From NCBI GenBank assembly GCA_028287505.1, contig JAQBPN010000084.1, forward strand, positions 22,147 to 86,146: a DNA stretch of 64,000 nucleotides. The letters run 5' to 3'. This DNA comes from Fibrobacterota bacterium (GTDB taxonomy: Bacteria > Fibrobacterota > Fibrobacteria > UBA11236). This document shows, in pieces, positions 1 to 8,166 of the stretch (position 1 is its first letter; the number at the start of each line of letters is the position of its first letter). The translations under genes were made by a program, and so were the position numbers. The notes below the pieces were generated by a model. It ran no database searches, was not told where the DNA came from, and was given only the letters and a program-made list of their open reading frames with translations.

Positions 1-1048
1 TCCATTTGGCCGAATCGGGGGCCGGCACCGTCACCCCCCACGCTCCCCGGCTCACCTTGTCCATGTAATTCATGGCGGCGCCGGGCGTGGCATAGGTGTA
101 GACGGGAGTGCAACTGATGTTGCCTTCCGGACTATGGCAATGGGAACAGTTGGAGGCCAGGTAGGAACGGGCCCGCTTCTCCAGGGTCGAGCCCGGGCTG
201 GCCGAATCATCCAAGGCGTACCAACGATGGGCGGCGGACGGAATGTAAGCCGCTCCGGCCCGCTTGACCAGATAGCCTTTGTCCATCAGGTCCTGAATCT
301 GGTCCTTGCCGTTGGCCAGGCGCGTCAGTTGGGGCGTGATGAAACCCAGGATCCCGCGTTGCCTTCCGGACCGGCCGTTGACGTGGCAACTATTGCAAGT
401 CGTCAACCCGAATCCCCGGACGTCGGGTCCCGACCGCGCGGGAAAGAGCCATTTCTTCTTGCGCGGGTTTCCCGAGGCGTCCCGGACGTAAAGCGAATCC
501 GTTTCGCCCCCGCCCGCCGCCTCCCCGATCAGATCCGCGTCGCTTTGATCCTTGCGCCATTTGTAGCTGAACCCGTGCCACTTGCCATACTGCCGCACCA
601 TGATCCGGGTCTCGAGGTAGATCCGGGATGCCGGATTGTCCTTCAGGGTATCCATCATGAAATGCTTGACGAACGTGGCGCCTTCGGGAAACAGGTATTC
701 GTCCGTGTCGTTGACGTAGGTGATGACGGAATCCTTGGGCAGCACCAGAAAGCGGGATTTGACCGCTCCGTCGTTCCAGAGCGGACTGTTGATTTCGAAC
801 GGGTATATTCCCGGGCCCACCACCTTGGCGGCGGGATCCGAAAAAAATCCCGTGGCTGAAAAGGTTTTGGGGTAGAGGGCGTAGTTCTCATCCGGCAGGC
901 TGGTCTCGCTGACCATGGCCTTGAAAAACCGGAAGGTCGGCGCCTCCCGGATGGGAACCGGGCCGCAGGCCGGACAAGCCACTTTCGCCCCCACCTGGGT
1001 CAAGGACAAGGCGAGGGTGGAAATCAGCAACGGGATTGCGGTTTTCAT
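1..1048 (-). CDS. Secreted c-type (diheme) cytochrome, 3'-truncated at the window edge. Not in the supplied ORF track.
   Basis: Manual minus-strand translation from the ATG at 1048 gives an uninterrupted >349-aa frame running off the window. N-terminus is MKTAIPLLISTLALSLTQVGA, a signal peptide. Two CxxCH heme-binding motifs are present: CNSCH and CSHCH. A GGAG lies 9 nt upstream of the ATG. The plus-strand ORF 134..859 is the antisense frame. Confidence 0.6.
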   Translation of the reverse strand, partial: MKTAIPLLISTLALSLTQVGAKVACPACGPVPIREAPTFRFFKAMVSETSLPDENYALYPKTFSATGFFSDPAAKVVGPGIYPFEINSPLWNDGAVKSRFLVLPKDSVITYVNDTDEYLFPEGATFVKHFMMDTLKDNPASRIYLETRIMVRQYGKWHGFSYKWRKDQSDADLIGEAAGGGETDSLYVRDASGNPRKKKWLFPARSGPDVRGFGLTTCNSCHVNGRSGRQRGILGFITPQLTRLANGKDQIQDLMDKGYLVKRAGAAYIPSAAHRWYALDDSASPGSTLEKRARSYLASNCSHCHSPEGNISCTPVYTYATPGAAMNYMDKVSRGAWGVTVPAPDSAKW

Positions 1049-1137
1049 GGAGGCTCCAATCAGATGCGCGGTTGCATAGAACCTAACACCGGGATGGAGC
1101 AAAAGCGCGAATTGGGGGAATCCCGGGAATCGAGGCG

Positions 1138-1338
1138 TTGTCTGGAGACAACGCCCGGCGAGGCCGATTCATCGTCGCCTTCAAGGAAAAGGCGGAGAGC
1201 GTGGGCGCGGACCACGTGGATGGAATCGTGAGCAACTACAAGAAGATGGAGTACTCGAGCCCCACCGAGTATGAATGCCATGTGGGAGGAGTGGTGGCGG
1301 GAGTGGCCTTGAAGGGCACCCTGGTCAAGGGCAAGTAA
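1138..1338 (+). CDS. Small hypothetical protein (66 aa, TTG start). Weak resemblance to the C-terminal half of YbjQ/DUF74 proteins.
   Basis: Coding-like, GC3-rich codon usage in the gap between two minus-strand genes. A GADHVDGIVSNY...GGVVAGVALKG segment loosely resembles the YbjQ motif NAIVGVDVDYE...AVSGTAV. No longer upstream start exists in frame. Confidence 0.3.
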   Translation: MSGDNARRGRFIVAFKEKAESVGADHVDGIVSNYKKMEYSSPTEYECHVGGVVAGVALKGTLVKGK

Positions 1339-1411
1339 GGAACGGCCGATTCGGCCTTCATCCGGAGCGGGCGGTTACGGCGCGGGACGGATTCCCGCCG
1401 TAACCTCCGGG

Positions 1412-2578
1412 TTACTTAGCCTGTTCGGGATTTCGCGTGCCCGCGGGCACCTGGGCTTCCCGGGATGGCAAGGGGAAGATGCTCAATTTCGTCTTGCGGC
1501 CCAGGGCGTCCTGTCCGGTTGCGAAGCGGATATTGAATCCTTCCGTCAAGGTCCGGAATCCCGTCTTGGGGAGTTTGCCCTGGGGAAGCAGCAAGGCGGT
1601 GGTGTTGGGGGGAGGGATGAAGGCGACGCCGCGGGCGGTCATCCCCGAGGCGAGATAGCCTCCGAAGGAATAAATGGTGTCACCCACCGTGGCGCAGGCG
1701 AGCGCTTTCCAGACTTCGGTCATCTTGAGCACGGTGCGCCATTTGTTCGTGACGGGATCGTATTCCTCGTTGGTGTCCCAGATGCCCGGCCATTCGCCGC
1801 CGAAGGCGTAGAACCTGCCGTTGACGAATCCGAAACCGATGTCGCTCCGGCCCGTGGGGATGTCCGCCAGCTTGTACCAGGTGTCGCTGGCGGGGGAATA
1901 GGCTTCCATGGCGGACACGTTCACTTTGCGGACGCCGCCGCTGCATACGTAGATGAGCGAGTCATGCACCTCCGCTCCGGGATGATCGCGGCGCGTGGGC
2001 ATGGGCTTAAGCAGCTTCCAGGTGTCCGTGGCCGGATCATAGACCTGATTCACGGCCATGACGATGCCGAAGCTGTCGACCCCGCCCATCACGTAAATCT
2101 TATCCTTGAAGGCGGTGATGGCGCAGGTGGCAGTGGTCTGAATCATCGACTTGAGGTTCTTCCACTGGTCCGTTGCCGGGTCGTACTGCAGGGCCCAGGA
2201 GGTTCCGGTATGTTCGGCTCCTCCGGGTTTGGGGCTGTTCGAATCACCATGGGTGTCCCCGCCCATCACGTACAGTTTGCCGCCCACCGTGACTCCATTT
2301 CCGATATGGTGCAAGGCCACGGGCAGGTTCGCGCCGGACTTCCACGTCTTGGTGTCCAGGTTGTAGATGAACAGGGTCTTGGTGGGATTCCCCGAGTTAT
2401 AACCGGCGGCGTAATAGATGTTCCGCCCGATGAGGCAGACAGCCCCGTTCGCACGCGGGGAGGGCATGGAAGGCTTTGTCGCCCAACTCCCCAGATTGCC
2501 TGCCTGGGCGAAGGCCTGGACCGCGCAAAAGACGGACATGAGCGCCATGGCTCCGAAAAGAGAGGATCTTCTTCTCAT
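1412..2578 (-). CDS. Secreted Kelch-repeat beta-propeller protein
   Basis: Internal Met begins a signal peptide, MRRRSSLFGAMALMSVFCAVQAFAQA. Repeated Kelch-like blades follow (GGxxxGxxxxxxxxYDPxTxxW). The table ORF extends upstream without support. Confidence 0.7.
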   Translation of the reverse strand: MRRRSSLFGAMALMSVFCAVQAFAQAGNLGSWATKPSMPSPRANGAVCLIGRNIYYAAGYNSGNPTKTLFIYNLDTKTWKSGANLPVALHHIGNGVTVGGKLYVMGGDTHGDSNSPKPGGAEHTGTSWALQYDPATDQWKNLKSMIQTTATCAITAFKDKIYVMGGVDSFGIVMAVNQVYDPATDTWKLLKPMPTRRDHPGAEVHDSLIYVCSGGVRKVNVSAMEAYSPASDTWYKLADIPTGRSDIGFGFVNGRFYAFGGEWPGIWDTNEEYDPVTNKWRTVLKMTEVWKALACATVGDTIYSFGGYLASGMTARGVAFIPPPNTTALLLPQGKLPKTGFRTLTEGFNIRFATGQDALGRKTKLSIFPLPSREAQVPAGTRNPEQAK

Positions 2579-2803
2579 ACACAAACCCCCGGAAAGGAAA
2601 TGGCCCGATTCCAAAAAAATGGAATTCCCGCGCCAATATAGGCTCGGTACCGGGCATCCTTTACGATAATCCTGTTTTCCGGGAATGGGGTCCCGTTTCC
2701 CCCCGGGACGGGGAAGCATTATTCACAATAGTGAACGGATCGGGAAAAACCGCGGATTTGGGGAATAAGGGGTTACCCCCGTTTTTCCCCGCGAAACGGA
2801 AAC

Positions 2804-3817
2804 CTATCCGATGAACTCGTTGCCCACTTTGCGGGCGCGCACGGGTTTGTCCAGATCGATGCCCAACCGGATCCCCACTTCCACCAACAGGTTCCAGCCG
2901 GCGGCCAGCTGGATGTACTCGTCGAAATGTTTCACCGAGGGGATGCGGATGGTGGGGAAAGAGGTTTCCCGCGAGCTGATGGCGATGACCTTCATGCCCA
3001 CGCCGGTCCTGAGGACCTGGGTGAACTTTTCCTCTTCTTCCGGGAAGGGTTCCACCAGGATGACCACTTCGTCCGGGTTCATCACCTCTTCGATCCCGTG
3101 CACGGCATAGGTGCCTTCCAGGAAGGCCGATTTCTTGCGGGTGATTTCGTTGGTCTTCAGGGTCAGTTCTTCCGCCACGCCGTTGTTGCGGCCGGAGAAG
3201 TAGATGACCGGGGCCGCGGCGATGGCCATGGCCTGATCCGCGTCGATTTGGATTTCCAGGGCCGCTTTCACCGCGGCCGCGGCGGCGGGCAGTTGATCCA
3301 GGGTGGTTTTCCTCAACTTGGCCAGCACGGCCTGGTAGAACAGGGCCTGCTCCACGACGCTCTTGGTCGCGGCCACCGCGTTCTCGGGGCCGCAGGACAG
3401 CACGTGGGCCTTTTGGGAAAGCCCGGCCAGCGGGGCGCCCGCATGGGCCATCACCCCGTAGCAATGCTTGTGGGACTTGGCGTTGAGGCTCTTGAAGAGC
3501 CGCACCACTTCCTTGGTCTTGCCGGAGTTGGAGGCCGCCAGCACCGCATGGCGCGACAGATCGTACTCCAGGGCCTGGGTGGCGCCGTCCGTGGCCATGG
3601 GCAGGGGGAAGCCGGTTTTCATGGCTTCGTACATGGCGCGCTTGGCGGGGAAAATCCGGCTGCTGCCTTCACCCGTGAAGAACAGGCGGTTCTCCTGATG
3701 CAGGGAGTCGGCGAAGGCCGCGGCGCATTCGGGATCGAACTTCCCGATCACTTCCGCGGTCTCGAGCATTTCCTTGACCAGGGCGTAGCTTTTGTATTTG
3801 CCGTCTTGCAGGTTCAT
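2804..3817 (-). CDS. SIS-domain sugar-phosphate isomerase/deaminase (GlmS C-terminal-like; GlcN-6-P deaminase type)
   Basis: Two SIS-like halves with a nucleotide-binding-like motif LFFTGEGSSR. Start is MNLQDGKYKSYALV at 3817. Its start overlaps the stop of the upstream deacetylase gene by 4 bp (ATGA). Confidence 0.65.
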   Translation of the reverse strand: MNLQDGKYKSYALVKEMLETAEVIGKFDPECAAAFADSLHQENRLFFTGEGSSRIFPAKRAMYEAMKTGFPLPMATDGATQALEYDLSRHAVLAASNSGKTKEVVRLFKSLNAKSHKHCYGVMAHAGAPLAGLSQKAHVLSCGPENAVAATKSVVEQALFYQAVLAKLRKTTLDQLPAAAAAVKAALEIQIDADQAMAIAAAPVIYFSGRNNGVAEELTLKTNEITRKKSAFLEGTYAVHGIEEVMNPDEVVILVEPFPEEEEKFTQVLRTGVGMKVIAISSRETSFPTIRIPSVKHFDEYIQLAAGWNLLVEVGIRLGIDLDKPVRARKVGNEFIG

Positions 3818-4611
3818 GCCAGGCTCCCTTGGGCCACGGCCCTGGATCGGTGTTCGATGACGTATTCCGAGATGGTTTCCTGGAGCAGCGGATCCTTCTG
3901 GAACCCTCCCCCCAGATGCTGCCAGAACGCTTCCGCGTAGCCGCATCCCGCCCGTTCCCCGAACTCGATGTTCTGCTTCTTCATCTCGCCGAAGAAATCG
4001 TTCATCTTGTGCATCACGCGCATCAGCTCGATCTGGGACTGGTGCTGGCCCAGCATTTCCATCTTGGTGTCCATGACGCCGGTGATGTCCACGTAGAAAT
4101 GCGGGTTGATGGTCTTGCCTCCGATGGGATCCGAAGAGCCCAGGGGCGCGGTATGGTAGAGCAGCGGGGTGATGTCCAACGGCGCGGACTTGCAGGGCAC
4201 GTTGGGAAGGGTGGCCACCATGGTGGCCGCTTCCACGATGCCGCAGGTGGCGCGGTGATCGCTGTGGTAATCGAAGGGCAGATGGGTCATGACGATTCCG
4301 GCTTTTTCCTTGCGCAGGATTTCCGTGACCTGGATCCGGAGTTCGGCGGTGTCGTACAGGTATCCGTCCCGGCCGTCCAGGCAATAGTATTTCGCGCCGA
4401 GCATGTTGGCGGCGCGTTCGGCTTCCCGCTTGCGGGTGGCGATGGTTTCCTTCTCGGTGGATCCGATGCCTCCCAGGCCTCCGGGAGTCATGGTGACCAC
4501 GGTCAGCTCGTACCCCTTGGCCTTCATGAGGGCCATGGTGCCGGCGGAAAAGATTTCCGTGTCGTCAGGATGGGCGTGGATGGCTACGATTTTCTTCGGA
4601 AACTGGTTCAA
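3814..4611 (-). CDS. PIG-L/LmbE-family N-acetylglucosaminyl deacetylase
   Basis: Signature KKIVAIHAHPDDTEI (HPDDE motif) and a later HxDH. Probable TTG start immediately after the PFK stop; the first ATG of the table ORF lies inside the PFK gene. Confidence 0.6.
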   Translation of the reverse strand: MNQFPKKIVAIHAHPDDTEIFSAGTMALMKAKGYELTVVTMTPGGLGGIGSTEKETIATRKREAERAANMLGAKYYCLDGRDGYLYDTAELRIQVTEILRKEKAGIVMTHLPFDYHSDHRATCGIVEAATMVATLPNVPCKSAPLDITPLLYHTAPLGSSDPIGGKTINPHFYVDITGVMDTKMEMLGQHQSQIELMRVMHKMNDFFGEMKKQNIEFGERAGCGYAEAFWQHLGGGFQKDPLLQETISEYVIEHRSRAVAQGSLA

Positions 4612-5837
4612 ACCGACGCTCCTTGTTTCGCCAGGGGTTTCTGCACGAACGATTTTTCCAAGGTGACATACTCGGGCACTTCCCCGAGCAGGGGACGCAG
4701 ATACTCCAGGCATTCCGGGGTGACGAAATTGCCCGCCGCGTTGATGTACGAATCCGGCATGGGCTTGGCCCTTACGGCCACGTCTCCCAGGGCCGCTTTG
4801 CCGAAGCGGATTTTGTAAGGAGAGTTGCCTATGCGGTCGATCGTGACCATGAAGCCGCTTTCGCCGTTATCGGCCAGGTCCACGGCCTGTTTGCCGCAAT
4901 CGAAGGCTTCCTGCAAATCCTGCTTCAAGGCGCGGTCCATGGCGCACATGATGAGGGATTCCGTGATCTGGAACTCGCCGCGCAATCCGGTCACCTTGGA
5001 CATCATCTTGTGCAGGTTGAGTCCCACGCTGGCGCCGCCCATGGCGCCGAATTCGGTGTTGTGGAAGTTGTCCTTGGTCAGGGAAGCGCTGACGGGAGAC
5101 CCGTCCGCGTACTTCAGGCCTTCGCCGCAGACGACGGAGACCCAGCCGTATTTCTTGATGCACTCCTGGGCGTCTACCAGGAACTTGTCCGCGTCGAATA
5201 CGCGTTCCGGCATGTAGATGAGGTGGGGCGCGTCGTCCTCGTTGGTCTTGGCCATGGCGGTGGCGGCGGCCAGCCAGCCCGCGTCCCGGCCGATGGTCTG
5301 GTAGATGACGAACTGATCCACGCGCTGCATGTCCCGGAACAGCCAGCCCGATTGGCGCACGCTGAGCATGTTGGACCGTCCCGCGGAAGCGAATCCCGGG
5401 GTATGGTCGGTTCCGAACAGATCATTATCCACCGTCTTCGGGATTCCGATACCGTGCAGTTCATAATGGTGTTCGCGGCAATATTTCTCCACCCGGTGGA
5501 TGGTATCCATGGTGTCGTTGCCGCCGATGAGGAAGAAAAAGCGGATGTCGTATTTGCGCAGGACTTCCAGGATGCGGGGGAAATCCGGATCCGAGACCTT
5601 GTGGCGCGAGGATCCCAGGGCCGAGGACGGCGTGGTCCGCAATCCATCGATGACGTGGGCCGGTTGCCTGCCCAGATCGATGAGGCGCTCCTCCATCAAA
5701 CCCTTGATGCCGAAGTTCATTCCATACAGGTTGTCCGCGAGGCCGGAGGCCCGCACCTGATGGATGACGCCGGCCAGACTGGAATTGATGACCGAAGTCG
5801 GTCCGCCCGATTGCCCGATGACAGCATTGCCCTTCAC
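4608..5837 (-). CDS. pfk: 6-phosphofructokinase, probably the PPi-dependent type
   Basis: N-terminal GQSGGPTSVINSSLAGV and a GGNDT motif where ATP-PFKs have GGDGS. A TVDNDL substrate motif is present. 409 aa; an intergenic promoter region lies upstream. Confidence 0.8.
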   Translation of the reverse strand: MKGNAVIGQSGGPTSVINSSLAGVIHQVRASGLADNLYGMNFGIKGLMEERLIDLGRQPAHVIDGLRTTPSSALGSSRHKVSDPDFPRILEVLRKYDIRFFFLIGGNDTMDTIHRVEKYCREHHYELHGIGIPKTVDNDLFGTDHTPGFASAGRSNMLSVRQSGWLFRDMQRVDQFVIYQTIGRDAGWLAAATAMAKTNEDDAPHLIYMPERVFDADKFLVDAQECIKKYGWVSVVCGEGLKYADGSPVSASLTKDNFHNTEFGAMGGASVGLNLHKMMSKVTGLRGEFQITESLIMCAMDRALKQDLQEAFDCGKQAVDLADNGESGFMVTIDRIGNSPYKIRFGKAALGDVAVRAKPMPDSYINAAGNFVTPECLEYLRPLLGEVPEYVTLEKSFVQKPLAKQGASV

Positions 5838-6017
5838 CCGATCCCCTTAATCCTGTTCCGGGCCCTGATTAGCCCGGCCAACCGCCCCTTAAAGGCCTGT
5901 TCCCAAGCTACTTCGCCAAAAAAGACAATTGGTTAGGTGATCTGATGATTTTTTTAACAAATCCGTTTGTTTTAGGGAAAAGGAAAACGGGTTTTTGAGG
6001 AGACGGGGATTGTATGG

Positions 6018-6857
6018 CTAGAAGGCGTATCCCAGGGAGAATCCCGGCAACAGGAACTGGAAGGTATTGTCGTCCCCCGGATCCAGGACGCCGAAGTTGG
6101 CGGGGACTTCCGTGCGCCCGGATTTGGCGTTGGCATAGTCGAAGGACACTTCCACGTCGGCGCTGCGCAGATAGGTCGCCATGACATTGACGAAGAAACC
6201 GGAGGAGAAGATATACTCCACTCCCGCGGAGAGATAAAAGGCGTCCACCCGGAGGATGGAATAGCTTTCGTGATAGCTGAGGCGCGTGAATCCCGTTTCC
6301 ACGAAGGGACTGAAATTTTCCAGGGCCAGGTAGGATATCACCCCCAAGGCCAGGGACGTCCCTTTCATCTTCCCGTCGTCGATGATGCTTCCCACGGAAA
6401 AGGTGGCGCCCAGCCGGGAGAACGGCAGGTAATGGATGCCCATGCCGCCGCCGAACATGTCCGCACCGGCCTTGAGGCTGAAGGAAAGCGGCCGTTCGTC
6501 CCTCAGGATCACGGCCGGCCTCCAGCTCTTCACCTTGGAGGAGCCGCTATACTCGATGTCCGAGAATTTCACGTACCCGACCACGCCGCCCATGTCTATC
6601 TTCGCCCACTTGGACTCGGTGGGATCCAGCAGCACTTCCCTTATTCCGATGACTTCTCCGGCGTAAAGCAGGCGCAGGGCGTTGGCGAGCACGTCCGGGT
6701 TCTCGAAAACGATGGCGCCGTCTTTGACGACCACCGCATGGGAGGAGTCGGGCAGCTTCCCCGTTTCCGCATCCTTGGCGGAAACCGCGGCGGGCAGGCT
6801 CAAGAGCAATATCAGGGGAAAAATCGCCTGCGGGAAAATCCGTTTCATAAGCGTCAT
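6018..6857 (-). CDS. Outer-membrane beta-barrel-like protein with signal peptide
   Basis: Signal peptide MKRIFPQAIFPLILLLSLPAAVSA. C-terminal half shows alternating hydrophobic residues and ends ...LGYAF, the terminal aromatic Phe typical of OMPs. Confidence 0.5.
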   Translation of the reverse strand: MTLMKRIFPQAIFPLILLLSLPAAVSAKDAETGKLPDSSHAVVVKDGAIVFENPDVLANALRLLYAGEVIGIREVLLDPTESKWAKIDMGGVVGYVKFSDIEYSGSSKVKSWRPAVILRDERPLSFSLKAGADMFGGGMGIHYLPFSRLGATFSVGSIIDDGKMKGTSLALGVISYLALENFSPFVETGFTRLSYHESYSILRVDAFYLSAGVEYIFSSGFFVNVMATYLRSADVEVSFDYANAKSGRTEVPANFGVLDPGDDNTFQFLLPGFSLGYAF

Positions 6858-6873
6858 GCTGCTCCGGGGCTGT

Positions 6874-7836
6874 TCAGGGATGGGTCGTGGCCAGGGATTG
6901 ATGGAAGGCGCGTATCCAGCCGCCGACCAGGTCCGGATTCGTGAGTTGGGGGAGATGCCCCGCGTCGGGCGCCACTTTCATGCGGATATCCCTGATGTTG
7001 CTCAACAGGAAGAATCCGTTCTGGATGGGGAAGATGGGATCGTTTTCCCCCCAGATGAGGAGCACCGGGACCGTCAGGTTGCGGATGTGGTTCCGATAGG
7101 TCTGGTTGAAGGAGTCCAAGGCGGCGATCACGGTGGGATCGTCGCTGACCAGCCGGTTCACGAGGCTTTGATCCCCGCCCGTCAAGATGGAGATGGCCGG
7201 ATGGCTTGCCACGGAGATGCTGCCCAGGTTCACCTTCCCGAACCGCTTCGCCATCCGTTGGGCGAATTCGCCCTGGTCGTAGGAACCGGCCGCGTCTATC
7301 AAGGTCAGGCTGGAAACGTTGGCGGGATGCTCCAGGCCGAACGCCATGCAGACCTGGCCGCCCAGGGAATGGCAGACCAGATCCACCTTGCGGAAGTCCA
7401 TGCGGCGGATGAGCAATTCATGAAGGGCATCGGCCTGGGCGTTGATGGTGAATTCATTGTTCTGGCTGGTGGATCGGCCCGTACCCGGGAGGTTAACGGC
7501 GACGACGGTGCGTTCCGTATCCTCGGCAAGCAGGAGGGGTCCGAAATCCCCCATGTTGCCGCCCAGACCGTGGACGTAGACGATGGGCACCTCCGGAGCC
7601 GCCCCGGCCGCGGTCTTCCGGATCCGGGGGCTGCGCTCCACGAATTCGAATTGTCCATGGTTGTATCGGAGGATGCGGGAATCGTACGCGGGCGCCAGTT
7701 GCAGGCGTTTCTGGCGCTGCTCGGAATTCAAACCGATCCAGGTTTCCGACGGCTTGATCATGCGGTTGGCGCAGCCCGCCAGAAGCATGGCCATGGCCAG
7801 AAGGGGCCGGATGGATTTCGAATTCTCGCCAGTCAT
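6874..7836 (-). CDS. Alpha/beta-hydrolase lipoprotein
   Basis: Start MTGENSKSIRPLLAMAMLLAGC with a lipobox, and a GGAGG RBS 5 nt upstream. HGLGGN oxyanion-hole motif; GHSLGG nucleophile elbow; C-terminal DAGH. Confidence 0.65.
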   Translation of the reverse strand: MTGENSKSIRPLLAMAMLLAGCANRMIKPSETWIGLNSEQRQKRLQLAPAYDSRILRYNHGQFEFVERSPRIRKTAAGAAPEVPIVYVHGLGGNMGDFGPLLLAEDTERTVVAVNLPGTGRSTSQNNEFTINAQADALHELLIRRMDFRKVDLVCHSLGGQVCMAFGLEHPANVSSLTLIDAAGSYDQGEFAQRMAKRFGKVNLGSISVASHPAISILTGGDQSLVNRLVSDDPTVIAALDSFNQTYRNHIRNLTVPVLLIWGENDPIFPIQNGFFLLSNIRDIRMKVAPDAGHLPQLTNPDLVGGWIRAFHQSLATTHP

Positions 7837-8122
7837 ACGCCTCCGGAAAAATAGCCTATGTTGCGCGCCCGCCCGGATTCTCCGGCCATCATCGTCGAAA
7901 TTCCGGCGGGCTGGAAAGAATTCCGACGTCCCGGGTCCGGATAGGGTCCTTGGATCGCGATTTGCGTTCATTGAAGGGCTTATGCCCGGAAAATGTCGAA
8001 AAGTTTTCAGGTCGTTCTCTCCGGAGAGAACCAATTGGATTACTTTGGATGCTCGCGTAAGTTTTCGAGCATTACGATCGTTACATTGTCTTTTGTTCCC
8101 GCCAAGATACCGTCACATATGC

Positions 8123-8132
8123 GTTACGTAAC
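8123..8132. promoter_or_regulatory. Perfect 10-bp palindrome GTTACGTAAC in the divergent promoter region upstream of the collagen-like gene
   Basis: Exact inverted repeat 35 bp upstream of the ATG at 8167, in the 330-bp divergent intergenic region. Confidence 0.25.
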
Positions 8133-8166
8133 AGCGTGATGCGTATTAACAGAAAGTCGAGACCCC

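Noticed and set aside
134-859. 241-aa + strand ORF at the window start.
   Set aside because: Antisense to a much better minus-strand cytochrome c frame (signal peptide, two CxxCH); Arg/Gly-rich nonsense translation.
2661-4818. Overlapping long ORFs 2661..3464-, 2927..3940+, 3829..4818+, 4623..5936+.
   Set aside because: Alternate-frame or antisense shadows of the SIS, LmbE and PFK genes; Arg/His/Gly-rich, no domains.
5838-6017. Possible terminator/hairpin in the pfk–OMP intergenic region (AAAACGGGTTTTT).
   Set aside because: Stem is only 5 AT-rich bp; not convincing as an intrinsic terminator.
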